Assembly (NCBI GenBank): GCA_049968235.1
Contig: JBMFRC010000001.1
Coordinates: 224,001 to 288,000 of the forward strand
DNA from: Candidatus Hydrogenedens sp.
GTDB taxonomy: Bacteria; Hydrogenedentota; Hydrogenedentia; Hydrogenedentales; Hydrogenedentaceae
Length of the DNA stretch: 64,000 nucleotides
Direction: 5' to 3'
Under the pieces are notes generated by a model, which ran no database searches, was not told where the DNA came from, and worked only from the letters and a program-made list of their open reading frames with translations. Every line of letters starts with the position of its first letter. The stretch's first letter is position 1. A program made the translations under genes and the position numbers. Positions 30,099 to 41,034 of the stretch are shown here, piece after piece.

Positions 30099-32237
30099 AT
30101 GCAGAATTGGGAAATAAGTTCGGCTGAGATTTTTACAGACTTGGTTCCGTTCACGCATGTATTGAAGAGAGATGGGCGAAAGGTTCCTTTCTCTGCAGGA
30201 AAAATAACCCAAGCCATCTTAAAGGCAGGAAAAGCCACCGGTGAATTTGGGATAGATATTGCCCGTCGTTTAACTCTTCGTGTATTGGCACTTTTGCAAA
30301 CTATGCCATTAGAAGGACATCCCACTGTTGAAGAAATTCAGGACGCGGTGGAAGAGATTTTATTAATGTCACCATTTAAGAAAACCGCTAAGGCATATAT
30401 TCTTTATCGTGACCAGCATGCTCGCATCCGTGAGATGGTCAATAAAGCGGATGTAGATTTGATTGACCGCTATCTTGAAAAGATGGACTGGAAAGTTCAG
30501 GAAAACAGTAATATGGCATATTCCCTCCAGGGTTTGAACAATTATATTTCCAGTGAAATTAGCAAGGTATATTGGCTTAACAAAATCTATACACCAGAAG
30601 TACGAGAAGCACATCGTTCGGGAGACTTGCATCTACATGACCTTGGTTTGCTATCGGTATATTGTGTAGGCTGGGATTTGCAAGATTTGCTATTAAATGG
30701 CTTTCAGGGAGCACCGGGAAAAGCAGAGAGCAAGCCTGCCAAACATTTCCATACAGCATTAGGGCAGGTTGTTAATTTCTTTTATACCTTACAGGGTGAA
30801 GCGGCAGGGGCACAGGCTTTTAGCAACTTTGACACTCTTTTAGCACCTTTTATCCGTTATGATGGTTTAAATTATCGTGAGGTAAAGCAAGCACTACAAG
30901 AGTTTATTTTTAATTTGAATGTAGCAACACGGGTTGGTTTCCAAACTCCATTTACGAATGTTACATTGGACTTACAACCACCTGCCAATTTAGCCAATCA
31001 GCCTGTTATCATTGGTGGGGAATATCAAGATGCCACATATGGTGAGTTCGCAAACGAAATGAAACTATTTAATTCGGCGTTTCTTGAGGTTCTTTCCGAA
31101 GGAGATGCAAAAGGACGAGTATTTAGTTTTCCAATACCTACTTACAATATTACTAAAGATTTTAACTGGGATGACCCGGACCTTGTCCGTTTATGGGAAG
31201 TAACGGCAAAATATGGCATTCCGTATTTTGCCAATTTTATCCATTCCGATATGTCCCCTTGTGATGCCCGTTCGATGTGTTGTCGTTTACGGCTGGATTT
31301 GCGTGCATTAGAACGAAGAGGCGGTGGGCTTTTCGGGGCAAATCCATTAACAGGGTCCATCGGTGTTGTTACCATCAATATGCCTCGAATTGGCTACTTA
31401 TCTGCGAATGAGGATGAATTTTTTGAACGATTTGATAATTTGATAAATATTGCCCGCACCAGTCTCGAAACGAAGCGGAAGGTGCTTGAACAATTAACAG
31501 ATAACGATTTATATCCATACACGAAATTCTACCTGCGTAATGTATATCAACGATATAACCATTACTGGAACAATCATTTCTCTACTATTGGTCTGATTGG
31601 TATGAATGAAGCATGCCTGAATCTCCTTGGAAAGGATATTGGCACTTCAGAAGGCTTAGAATTTGCAATCCGAGTACTGTACCATGCCCGAAACCGGTTA
31701 AGAGAATTCCAACAGGAAACAGGTAATTTGTATAACCTTGAAGCAACTCCTGCTGAAGGGACCAGTTATCGTCTTGCTCGTCTGGATTATGAACGCTATC
31801 CGGATGCCCATTTTGCGAATACGGAACAACTCCGAAATGGTAGTGTCCCATTTTATACCAATTCTACACAATTACCTGTAAATTATACCGATGATATTTT
31901 CAAAGTGCTTGAGTTACAGGACCCACTACAGACACAATATACCGGTGGTACGGTTCTGCACATCTTTTTAGGGGAATCGGTAGCCAATCCTAATGCGGTC
32001 AAGGCATTTGTAAAAAAGGTATGTGAAGGGTATAAACTTCCTTATTTTACTTTAAGCCCCAGTTTTACAGTGTGCCCACAGGATGGATACATTCATGGCG
32101 AATTTCCATCATGTCCCAAATGTGGAAAAGAAACAGAGGTTTATTCGCGTGTTGTGGGTTACTTGCGACCTATAAGTCAATGGAATGAAGGGAAACGGGC
32201 AGAATTTGAACTGCGAGTAAGATATAAAATTGATTAA
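30099..32237 (+). CDS. nrdD: Anaerobic ribonucleoside-triphosphate reductase
   Basis: N-terminal ATP-cone-like region. C-terminal Zn site CPKCGK. Glycyl-radical motif (…SRVVGYLRP…). 712 aa. Confidence 0.92.
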   Translation: MQNWEISSAEIFTDLVPFTHVLKRDGRKVPFSAGKITQAILKAGKATGEFGIDIARRLTLRVLALLQTMPLEGHPTVEEIQDAVEEILLMSPFKKTAKAYILYRDQHARIREMVNKADVDLIDRYLEKMDWKVQENSNMAYSLQGLNNYISSEISKVYWLNKIYTPEVREAHRSGDLHLHDLGLLSVYCVGWDLQDLLLNGFQGAPGKAESKPAKHFHTALGQVVNFFYTLQGEAAGAQAFSNFDTLLAPFIRYDGLNYREVKQALQEFIFNLNVATRVGFQTPFTNVTLDLQPPANLANQPVIIGGEYQDATYGEFANEMKLFNSAFLEVLSEGDAKGRVFSFPIPTYNITKDFNWDDPDLVRLWEVTAKYGIPYFANFIHSDMSPCDARSMCCRLRLDLRALERRGGGLFGANPLTGSIGVVTINMPRIGYLSANEDEFFERFDNLINIARTSLETKRKVLEQLTDNDLYPYTKFYLRNVYQRYNHYWNNHFSTIGLIGMNEACLNLLGKDIGTSEGLEFAIRVLYHARNRLREFQQETGNLYNLEATPAEGTSYRLARLDYERYPDAHFANTEQLRNGSVPFYTNSTQLPVNYTDDIFKVLELQDPLQTQYTGGTVLHIFLGESVANPNAVKAFVKKVCEGYKLPYFTLSPSFTVCPQDGYIHGEFPSCPKCGKETEVYSRVVGYLRPISQWNEGKRAEFELRVRYKID

Positions 32238-32275
32238 GACCCTTAATTGTTAACCTGATGTAGAATATTAACCTT

Positions 32276-32887
32276 ATGAAAATTGGTGGTTTTCAGCCAT
32301 TTTCCTTATCCGATTTTCCCAATTGTGTATCTGCAATTGTTTTTACTCAAGGTTGTAATTTCCGTTGCCCTTTTTGTCATAACCCATCATTAGTACTGCC
32401 TGAGTTATTCTTACCGCCTATTCCTGAAGAAACGCTGATTGCATTTTTAAATGAACGAAAAGGAAAGTTAGATGGAGTTGTAATTACAGGTGGAGAACCC
32501 ACAATACAATCAGATTTGATGAAGTTCGTGAGTGAAATTAAGGGATTGGGTTATAAAGTAAAACTTGATACAAACGGTTCAAATCCCCAACTGATAGAGG
32601 AATTAATTCACAATAATCTCATTGACTATTTCGCTATGGACATTAAAGCACCGTGGCACAAATATACAGATTTAACAGGAGTAGATGCTAATATCGATTT
32701 GATAAAGAAAACTATGATGATATTATTACATAGTTCTATCCCTTGTGATTTTCGTTTAACCTATGCAAAACCTTTGTTGAACGAAAACGATATTCAAGAA
32801 GTGCAATCCTACCTCCCCCAAAATTGCTCTTTAATCATTCAAAATTTTATCAAGGAAAGAGCATTAAATCCCACTATTTTTGAGTAA
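32276..32887 (+). CDS. nrdG: Anaerobic ribonucleotide reductase activating protein (radical SAM)
   Basis: CxxxCxxC cluster (GCNFRCPFCHN). Glycine-rich SAM motif VVITGGEP. Sits immediately downstream of nrdD. Confidence 0.85.
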   Translation: MKIGGFQPFSLSDFPNCVSAIVFTQGCNFRCPFCHNPSLVLPELFLPPIPEETLIAFLNERKGKLDGVVITGGEPTIQSDLMKFVSEIKGLGYKVKLDTNGSNPQLIEELIHNNLIDYFAMDIKAPWHKYTDLTGVDANIDLIKKTMMILLHSSIPCDFRLTYAKPLLNENDIQEVQSYLPQNCSLIIQNFIKERALNPTIFE

Positions 32888-32950
32888 AAGTTCTTTCATG
32901 GATTCCTTGCTTTTTCCCCTCGTTTCTCCCATCCATTGCATCCTTTTTCG

Positions 32951-33967
32951 TTAGGCAATCCAATCTTTGCGGAAAAACTCAAACATTTTATCTGTAAACC
33001 CGGGATAAACCTCATGGGCAAAATCGGGGTATATAACTGCTTCTTTTTTCGACTTTATTTTGTTAAATGCAGAAAACTGTGTGGAAGGTGGACAAATCTG
33101 GTCCATTAGTCCAATTGCCATGAGGACTTCTCCCTGAATACGTTCTGCTAAAAATTGACAATCAATATATCCCAACTTTGTGAAGATTTCATTTTCTCTT
33201 TCATGTCTTGGGTCGAATAGACGAAAGTAGGTTCGAAGTTCCTCATAGGCTTCTAAAGCAAGGTCCATTTCCCAGACCCGTTTATAATCACACAAGAACG
33301 GACACATAGGTGCCAACTTTTTTATCTGCGGATGAAGCCCTGCACATGCCAGAGTTAATGCACCACCCTGTGACATTCCATATGCACCAAGGCGTTGCTC
33401 ATCTACCTCTTCAAAACCACTAACAATATTTACTAATTGCACTGTGTCCAGAAAAATATGCCGGTAAAGCAAATTATCAGGCTCATCATCCAGACCACGG
33501 ATAATATGCCCTTTCAATGTATTTCCGACAACACTACCCGTTTCTGTAGATTTTCCTCCCTGTCCGCGAACATCCATGGCACACACACAGAAGCCTTCTC
33601 CCACAAAACCTAATTTTTCATACCAATCACCTGAGTTTCCACCGTAACCGTGAAATCGAAACAAGGTAGGACAGGGCTTATTCCTTTTTCTGGGTCTAAG
33701 GTATTGAGCATGTATTCTTGCACCACGGACACCTGTAAAATACAAATCAAAACAATCCGCAACCTCACTTTGAAATGGAGATGGAATTCGCTTCACCTTC
33801 GGGTCAATAGACTCTAATTCCAATAATGCCTTTCTCCAATATTCATCAAAATCAGCAGGTCTTGGATTTCTACCCTGATATTTCCACAATTCCTCTAAAG
33901 GAAGTTCAAATACAAGCATACAACAACTCCTTCTATTATCTTTGTCATGTTCCGGATAAATGGTCAA
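32951..33967 (-). CDS. Acetyl xylan esterase / cephalosporin-C deacetylase family (CE7) hydrolase
   Basis: AXE1-family N-terminal region. Nucleophile elbow GMSQGG. A C-terminal His-containing block. Confidence 0.75.
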   Translation of the reverse strand: MTIYPEHDKDNRRSCCMLVFELPLEELWKYQGRNPRPADFDEYWRKALLELESIDPKVKRIPSPFQSEVADCFDLYFTGVRGARIHAQYLRPRKRNKPCPTLFRFHGYGGNSGDWYEKLGFVGEGFCVCAMDVRGQGGKSTETGSVVGNTLKGHIIRGLDDEPDNLLYRHIFLDTVQLVNIVSGFEEVDEQRLGAYGMSQGGALTLACAGLHPQIKKLAPMCPFLCDYKRVWEMDLALEAYEELRTYFRLFDPRHERENEIFTKLGYIDCQFLAERIQGEVLMAIGLMDQICPPSTQFSAFNKIKSKKEAVIYPDFAHEVYPGFTDKMFEFFRKDWIA

Positions 33968-34535
33968 TAAGTATTTTTATGCCAATTATAAACAATAATA
34001 TTGCACCGATAATTTCCATGCTTTTGCCAAATTTCTTACCGACATAACTGCCTAATTGCATTCCTATCAATGTCAAAAATCCTGCGGTAATACCTATCCA
34101 GAATGAAGGAAACCATATTGAGACACCTATAAAAGCAAAACTTAATCCGACAGCATACGCATCAATACTGGTTGCTATAGATAGCATAACTAATGATAAA
34201 CCTCGTGTTGGGTCATTCTTTTTTGGCTCTGTGGCTATTTGTTTTTCCTCCTCTTTAATATCCGATATGGATTGATATACAATTTTCCCACCAATCGCCC
34301 AGAGAATAAAAAAGGCTATCCAGTGGTCATAAGCCAGAAACCATTGTCCCACAAGATTCCCTGTATACCATCCCAGTACAGGCATCAATGCCTGAAATAA
34401 GCCAAAATGAAAAGACAAACGAAAGGTTTGTCGCGGTTGCACATTTTTTAGCAGAGCACTGATACTAATGGACACTGCAAACGCATCCATTGCAAGAGCC
34501 ACAGCAATTCCTGCAAGGACATATGGGTCTAACAT
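33945..34535 (-). CDS. mntP: Manganese efflux pump MntP
   Basis: N-terminal repeat LAMDAFAVSI…, second repeat SIDAYAVG…, six TM segments, about 190 aa. Confidence 0.8.
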   Translation of the reverse strand: MLDPYVLAGIAVALAMDAFAVSISISALLKNVQPRQTFRLSFHFGLFQALMPVLGWYTGNLVGQWFLAYDHWIAFFILWAIGGKIVYQSISDIKEEEKQIATEPKKNDPTRGLSLVMLSIATSIDAYAVGLSFAFIGVSIWFPSFWIGITAGFLTLIGMQLGSYVGKKFGKSMEIIGAILLFIIGIKILIDHLSGT

Positions 34536-34762
34536 TTACTTTTCTCTTCATAGAAAGATTTTTATTACATTAACAGAATGGCAATAATAATAACCTATTT
34601 ATAATCCTATCTGACAAGTCCACCATATCCGATGGGGTAGAGAAGTCCAGACGATTTTGAGAAGTCAGACCTGCCTAATCCCTTATCTTTAAGTTTGTTT
34701 TTAGATAAAAGATAAAATACAATAGAGGTATATAAATAATAATAACTGAAAAGGAATATTTT

Positions 34763-36346
34763 ATGACACAGGAGAACAAACATCAACACCATTCCTGCTG
34801 TGGCTGTATTCACGATTTAGGGAAACTCAATATGGCACGGAGAACCTTCCTCGCTGCAGTAGGAGGAACAACCATAGGTGCGAGTGCTATCTTATCTACA
34901 AATGCAGACACGGCTTTAGCAAATGCTTCATCGGAATATTTGAGCAAGCCCATTCCTTCTGCGAAAAAGAAACCTCTGGTTGTTCAGCCCGTCTTTACAT
35001 ACCATTTATACAAACGACAGGAACAGGCAAGTTGGCGTCCCTGGGGTGGTTTCCATACACAAGAAGATGTTCAGAAAGAATGTAAACAAATAGAAAAAGA
35101 ACTATCAGAAATGAAACAAAAAGCAGAATTCCCGCTGGAAATTCTACCTCTGTTGGCGGTCTCTTCCCCTTCTGAAGAGAAACAAGCACGAGAAGCCAAT
35201 GCGGATGTAACACTTATTTACGGAGCCACAGGTGAGATAGCACCTATTTTTAGTGATAACAAGCAACATATCGTTTTTGTTCGTCATCGGTCCGGACCTG
35301 CCTATCTTTGGTATGAAATTGTCAGTCCTCGATTTTTAAGAAAAACAGTAGATGAGTTATGCGAACCGCGTCTTACTCCACAGGATGTCGTTGTTGACGA
35401 ATATGATGATATTTTATGGCGGTTGCGTTCTCTATATGCATTAAAAAATACAGTCGGTAGTAAAATTGTTTGTATCGGTGGTCCTTCAGGTTGGGGTATG
35501 GGTGGTCAAAAAGCGCCGGAACGGACAAAAGAAAAGTTTAAGATGGAACTGATTGATTATCCCTATTCGGAATTAGATAAGCGGATAAATTCTGCTCTCA
35601 ATGATAACAAACTTCGAGAGCAAGCAAAAATATGGACGAAACAATATTTAAATCTACCCAGGACCTCAATGGAAACAGAGATACCTTTCCTCGAAAATGC
35701 ATTTATACTTACAGAAATATTTGAACAAATTATGAATGAGTTTGATGCTCCTGCCATTACAGTTAACGAATGTATGACAACCATTATACCCAAAGCAAAG
35801 ACAACAGCATGTATGACATTAAGTTTGATTAATGACCGCGGTGCTATGGCATTTTGCGAATCCGATTTCGCAGTAATTCCTTCCGGTGTCCTGTTACATT
35901 ATCTTAGTTCAAAACCGGTCTTCCTTCAAGACCCAACCTATCCTCATCATGGGGTTGTAACCATTGCACACTGCACCGCTCCGCGTAAGATGGATGGGAC
36001 AAATCTTGAACCGGTACACATTTTGACCCATTACGAATCCGATTATGGTGCAGCGCCGAAAGTAGATATGCGAATTGGGGAGACCGTTACTGTGATTGAC
36101 CCCGATTTCGAGTTCAAAAAGTGGATTGGCTTTCGTGGAAAAGTTCAAGCAAATCCATTCCTTGATATCTGCAGGTCTCAAACAGATATTGAAATTGAAG
36201 GAGATTGCAATCGCCTGGCAAATGATATGGTCGGTTTCCACTGGATGATGTGCTATGGCGATTATCTAAAAGAGACAGGATATGCACTTCGTAAATTAGG
36301 CATCGGTTGGTATAACCTCACACACGACCGCACATTAGAAGCATAA
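34763..36346 (+). CDS. Tat-signal-bearing conserved hypothetical protein
   Basis: The twin-arginine motif MARRTFLAAVGGTTIGASA begins at residue 24. A His/Cys-rich leader precedes it, so the true start may be 34832. No family is recognised. Confidence 0.5.
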   Translation: MTQENKHQHHSCCGCIHDLGKLNMARRTFLAAVGGTTIGASAILSTNADTALANASSEYLSKPIPSAKKKPLVVQPVFTYHLYKRQEQASWRPWGGFHTQEDVQKECKQIEKELSEMKQKAEFPLEILPLLAVSSPSEEKQAREANADVTLIYGATGEIAPIFSDNKQHIVFVRHRSGPAYLWYEIVSPRFLRKTVDELCEPRLTPQDVVVDEYDDILWRLRSLYALKNTVGSKIVCIGGPSGWGMGGQKAPERTKEKFKMELIDYPYSELDKRINSALNDNKLREQAKIWTKQYLNLPRTSMETEIPFLENAFILTEIFEQIMNEFDAPAITVNECMTTIIPKAKTTACMTLSLINDRGAMAFCESDFAVIPSGVLLHYLSSKPVFLQDPTYPHHGVVTIAHCTAPRKMDGTNLEPVHILTHYESDYGAAPKVDMRIGETVTVIDPDFEFKKWIGFRGKVQANPFLDICRSQTDIEIEGDCNRLANDMVGFHWMMCYGDYLKETGYALRKLGIGWYNLTHDRTLEA

Positions 36347-36726
36347 ATAAACAACAAAAATAACTCGGTAAATTCATCAAATATTAACATATTCTTAGTG
36401 TTCTCTGGACAACATTACCATTTTGCACAGAGAACAGAAAGGTGGGGAAATCGTAACGATTCGCATAATGCCTGTAAACAATGAGAATATTTCATCGTGA
36501 TATTGAATTAGTTTCTCCTTTCCCGCCTGTTCCTTTTTATTGGTAAGCAACCGAATCAGGGGGTAAATACATTTGAGGCATAGTAAGGTGTAGAGTAGTT
36601 ATAATATAGTAATAAAAAGATACTTTGATACTTTCGTTATTCAATTATTTATTTGATGCGTTGTATATAAAATAAAGACACGAATATTGAATAGAATAAG
36701 TGGTTTGAAAATAAGGAAAAGTTGTT

Positions 36727-39474
36727 GTGATATTTAAATTAATCGAATGGGTTTTTGGTTCCAGTAAAGAACGAGCCGTTCGCAAATTGTTGCCTTTTCT
36801 GGATGCAGTTCGTGAAGAGGAATCACGCATTGTTAAAATGTCCAATGCGGAACTGCGTTTACAGACGGCAATATTGAAAGAAAAATTATCTCAGGGAGCA
36901 ACTTTAGATGATGTCCTTCCTCATGCTTTTGCAGTAGTTCGTGAAACAGCAAAACGTGTTGTCGGACTCCGACCTTTTGATGTCCAGATAATAGGCGGTA
37001 TTGTCCTTCATCAAGGGGGCATCGCAGAAATGGTCACCGGCGAAGGGAAAACATTAGTAGCCACAATGCCTGTATATTTGAATGCATTGACAGGAGAAGG
37101 GGTGCATGTTGTAACGGTAAATGATTATTTAGCACGGCGTGATGCAGAATGGATGGGACCTATATATCAGTTTTTAGGTTTAAGTGTAGGACTTATACAG
37201 CATGACATGGATTTATATGAACGGCAGGTAGGGTACCGTGCTGATATTACTTATGGGACAAATAATGAATTTGGGTTTGACTATCTCCGCGATAATATGG
37301 CTGTGCGTAAAGATATGCAGGTTCAACGCGGATTAAATTATGCCATCGTTGACGAAGTCGACTCTATACTCATTGATGAAGCACGGACACCTCTTATCAT
37401 CTCCGGTCGTCCTGAACGGAGTTCCGATATTTATGTTAAAGTAGATGAAGTAGTTCGACGACTTCGTAAGGGGGAACATTATGAAGTAGATGAGAAACAA
37501 CGCTATGTGCTTATAACAGATGAGGGAATGGAACAAGCAGAACGACTTTTAGGTGTAGATGATTTATTCACAGATACAAATATCGGTATTGTCCATATTC
37601 TTGAACAGTCTATACGAGCCCATAATTTATACCATAGGGATAAAGATTATATCGTTCGTGATGGAGAGGTGCTTATTGTAGATGAGTTTACCGGTCGTGC
37701 TTTAGAAGGACGTCGCTATTCTGACGGACTTCATCAAGCCATAGAAGCCAAGGAGCGTGTGCCTATACGGTTTGAATCACAGACCATTGCTACTATTACC
37801 TATCAAAACTATTTCCGAATGTATAAAAAATTGGCTGGTATGACAGGAACCGCCATAACAGAGGCTCTGGAATTTAGTAAAATATACGGGCTTGAAGTAA
37901 CTCAAATCCCTACGAACTTACCCTTAATCCGTGAAGACTTAAACGATCTTATTTTTGCAACAGAAGATGGTAAATTTCATTATGTTGTAAAAGAAATTAA
38001 AAAAATCCATGAAACAGGTCGTCCTATTCTGGTAGGTACGGTCAGCATTGAGAAGTCCGAAAAGTTAGCCCAATTATTAGAGAATATAGGTATTGATGAT
38101 TACCAGGTATTAAATGCAAAACACCATGAACGTGAAGCAGTAATTATTGCCAACGCAGGGAAAAAATCCGCCATTACAATCGCTACAAATATGGCAGGTC
38201 GTGGAACAGATATTAAATTAGCAGAAGGAGTTCGTGAATTAGGTGGATTATATATTATTGGAACAGAACGACATGAAGCACGACGTATTGATAACCAATT
38301 ACGAGGTCGTGCTGGCAGACAGGGAGACCCGGGAACCACTCGATTTTATGTAAGTCTTGAAGATGAAGTAGCACGACTCTTTGGTGGAGACCGTGTTAAA
38401 AGACTGCTGGATATGTTCGGTAGTAATAGTGAAATGGATGAACAACCCTTAAGCCAGCGTATGGTCTCACGCTCCATTGAACGAGCACAAAGGCAGGTAG
38501 AAGAATACAACTACGAGATTCGAAAGCACTTGCTTGAATACGACGAGGTTATGGATAAACAAAGAAAATATATCTATTCCATGAGGCAAGAAGTTCTGGA
38601 AGATAAAGATGTAACAGAACGTTTACAAGAAATGATTCAAAACATCATTTCCGATGCAATTGACCAGTTTGCACCTGAAGACCATCTTCCGGAAGAGTGG
38701 GACATGGAAGGTCTACAAAAACAATTGAAAAAAATATTCAATACTGATTTCAATTTAAGTGGCGATAATGAAGAAGAGCCGATTTCTTTGCGTGAAAGTA
38801 TTTTTAAACAGGTGTTAAGAGAATATGAACGACGACACACCTTGCTTGAAGAAGAACTCCAAAAGCAATATGAGCAACAAACAAAAGAAGGTCACTCTCT
38901 ACCGCCCGTAAACTTTAAAAAGTTAGCCCGAAAACGCATTCACGATTTAGAACTCATGGTACTATTGCGGGCAGTAGATGAAAAGTGGATTGAACATTTA
39001 TATGAAATGGATTATCTACGAGAATCGGTGCGACTTCGTGCTTATGGGCAGAGAGACCCCTTATTGGAATACAAACAGGAAGCATTTGAACTGTTCCAGA
39101 ATTTAATACAGTCCATCGAATTAAATGTCATTCAATCGCTATTCCGTATTACAGACCCGGAATACCGCAAAAAGCGAAGTATTCCTTCTCGCTCTACAGG
39201 GGGAACTATAGAGGATGACCCCTTTGCTCATTTACAACGGTATAGTTACATTGCGGCGGATAAAGAAGCCGACCGCAGTTTCTCTGCTTTTGATACAAGA
39301 AGATTTGCCCTCGGAGGACAATCTGTTTCAGGAGGTGGAACAACAGAAGAAGCAGAAGAAGAAAAACCTAAACGTGTGCCTATTCGCGTAGGACCTAAAG
39401 TAGGACCCAATGACCCCTGCCCCTGCGGAAGTGGAAAGAAATATAAGAAATGCTGCGGAAAACAACTCGTATAA
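36727..39474 (+). CDS. secA: Preprotein translocase ATPase SecA
   Basis: GTG start. DEAD motor motifs (MVTGEGKTLVATMP, VDEVDSILIDEARTPLIISG). The C-terminal zinc-binding tail CPCGSGKKYKKCCG is diagnostic. Confidence 0.95.
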   Translation: MIFKLIEWVFGSSKERAVRKLLPFLDAVREEESRIVKMSNAELRLQTAILKEKLSQGATLDDVLPHAFAVVRETAKRVVGLRPFDVQIIGGIVLHQGGIAEMVTGEGKTLVATMPVYLNALTGEGVHVVTVNDYLARRDAEWMGPIYQFLGLSVGLIQHDMDLYERQVGYRADITYGTNNEFGFDYLRDNMAVRKDMQVQRGLNYAIVDEVDSILIDEARTPLIISGRPERSSDIYVKVDEVVRRLRKGEHYEVDEKQRYVLITDEGMEQAERLLGVDDLFTDTNIGIVHILEQSIRAHNLYHRDKDYIVRDGEVLIVDEFTGRALEGRRYSDGLHQAIEAKERVPIRFESQTIATITYQNYFRMYKKLAGMTGTAITEALEFSKIYGLEVTQIPTNLPLIREDLNDLIFATEDGKFHYVVKEIKKIHETGRPILVGTVSIEKSEKLAQLLENIGIDDYQVLNAKHHEREAVIIANAGKKSAITIATNMAGRGTDIKLAEGVRELGGLYIIGTERHEARRIDNQLRGRAGRQGDPGTTRFYVSLEDEVARLFGGDRVKRLLDMFGSNSEMDEQPLSQRMVSRSIERAQRQVEEYNYEIRKHLLEYDEVMDKQRKYIYSMRQEVLEDKDVTERLQEMIQNIISDAIDQFAPEDHLPEEWDMEGLQKQLKKIFNTDFNLSGDNEEEPISLRESIFKQVLREYERRHTLLEEELQKQYEQQTKEGHSLPPVNFKKLARKRIHDLELMVLLRAVDEKWIEHLYEMDYLRESVRLRAYGQRDPLLEYKQEAFELFQNLIQSIELNVIQSLFRITDPEYRKKRSIPSRSTGGTIEDDPFAHLQRYSYIAADKEADRSFSAFDTRRFALGGQSVSGGGTTEEAEEEKPKRVPIRVGPKVGPNDPCPCGSGKKYKKCCGKQLV

Positions 39475-40940
39475 TCACTTTGCTTTCTATTGTTCTTTTT
39501 TGGGTCATTATGATGACCTTATTGTTTATCCGGGAAGGATATTTTACGAAATCCACATGGAGTTTTCCCGAAACACGATGGGAACAATATAAAGATTGGC
39601 GGGTAGGTGTATATACAAACAATGATAAAAAAGTAGGATATATACAGATTACAACCAATCCCGAACCGATGAGTCCTTTCGGACCTGCATTTAAAATGAC
39701 TATTACATTCCGATTGGATACAGTCATTTTCTCATTTCCTGTAAATTTATCTATTCGAGGCTTTGCATGGTTTAGTCAGAAGAAAGGACTGGAAAATTTT
39801 CAATTATCACTCCGTTCCGACAAGAGCGATATTAAAATATCTGGTGAATATGATGGATATCAATTAAAAGGAGATGTAATAACAGGAAAAGAAACCGTTC
39901 CTTATACATTACCTGTTGGCAGAAACTTTTTACTTACTGCAGGTCCTGCTTTACCCCTGATGGATACCCCTATTTTAGAACCCGGACAGAGTATTACAGT
40001 AGATGTGTTCGACCCACTTTCCAGATCCGTGCAGAAATCAATTATCACTTCGCAGAGCAAAGAGACCCTACAAATTGCAGGAGAAACTATTGATACTTAT
40101 CGGATGACAGTAACCTTAAATGGGCTCACATCAACGGTATGGGTTACTCCCGACCAGGAAATTGTCCAGGTAACAACTCCTTTCGGATTAAAACTCAAGA
40201 AAATAAGTCTTACGGAAACAACAGCACATATTCCGGATAGCGAAAAAGGAGATATAATCAGTGCAACAGCCATAAAACCTAAAGGTATAAAGCCTTTTCG
40301 CGGAGCAAAACAAATGTGGGTAAAGATTGATGGATTAACGAATATCAATCAACCTCCGGTATCCACATACCAGGTAAGAACATCTCAAGGATACTTTATC
40401 AATCCTCCTGCAGAACCTAAATCCATTCCACTAACAGAAAGAATCATGCGGACAATCCCGGAGAATACGCTTATAGGGGATGCTTTAATCCAGTCGGAAC
40501 ATCCCAAAATCCAGAAAATAGCAAAAGAAATTGTTGGAACAGAGCAAGACCTCTGGAAACAGAGTCAGAAAATTTATGATTGGGTTTTTAAAAATATTGA
40601 AAAGAAAATATCCCCGAATATCCCTTCTGCTCTAACTGTCCTCGAAACTCGTCAGGGGGATTGTAATGAACATTCAGTCCTTTTCACCGCACTTGCCCGT
40701 GCAGTTGGAATACCCACAAGAATATGTATCGGATTGGTATGGAGTGAAGAATTACAAGCCTTTGGTTATCATGCATGGGTGGAAGTATTCATCGGAGAAT
40801 GGACACCGATAGACCCCACATTAGGGCAACCTATCGCAGATGCTACACATATTGCACTGATTTATGGAAATATTGAACAATGGTTCCGCCTCACTTCCTA
40901 TGTGAACCAGATACAACTCGAAATAGTAAATGTGGAGTAA
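39450..40940 (+). CDS. Membrane-anchored transglutaminase-like cysteine protease superfamily protein
   Basis: N-terminal TM segment. C-terminal transglutaminase core TRQGDCNEHSVLFTALARAVGIPTRI…GYHAWVEV…IDPT (Cys-His-Asp triad). Overlaps the secA end by 25 nt. Confidence 0.7.
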   Translation: MLRKTTRIITLLSIVLFWVIMMTLLFIREGYFTKSTWSFPETRWEQYKDWRVGVYTNNDKKVGYIQITTNPEPMSPFGPAFKMTITFRLDTVIFSFPVNLSIRGFAWFSQKKGLENFQLSLRSDKSDIKISGEYDGYQLKGDVITGKETVPYTLPVGRNFLLTAGPALPLMDTPILEPGQSITVDVFDPLSRSVQKSIITSQSKETLQIAGETIDTYRMTVTLNGLTSTVWVTPDQEIVQVTTPFGLKLKKISLTETTAHIPDSEKGDIISATAIKPKGIKPFRGAKQMWVKIDGLTNINQPPVSTYQVRTSQGYFINPPAEPKSIPLTERIMRTIPENTLIGDALIQSEHPKIQKIAKEIVGTEQDLWKQSQKIYDWVFKNIEKKISPNIPSALTVLETRQGDCNEHSVLFTALARAVGIPTRICIGLVWSEELQAFGYHAWVEVFIGEWTPIDPTLGQPIADATHIALIYGNIEQWFRLTSYVNQIQLEIVNVE

Positions 40941-41034
40941 CACCTTTCCTTATAGAAAATCGGTCCGATTATTTATCCACTTTATACCATCGTATAACAG
41001 TCGTAAAAAAGTATCTACTTTATTCAAAACAAAC

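Noticed and set aside
34536-34762. yybP-ykoY manganese riboswitch upstream of mntP
   Set aside because: The minus-strand leader lacks recognisable conserved L1/L3 blocks and a four-way junction. There is only a short direct repeat and weak stems.
36350-36726. Inverted repeat TTCTCTG…(20 nt)…CAGAGAA downstream of the Tat-protein gene
   Set aside because: A 7-bp stem with a large loop and no U-tract. Not a convincing terminator or regulatory RNA.
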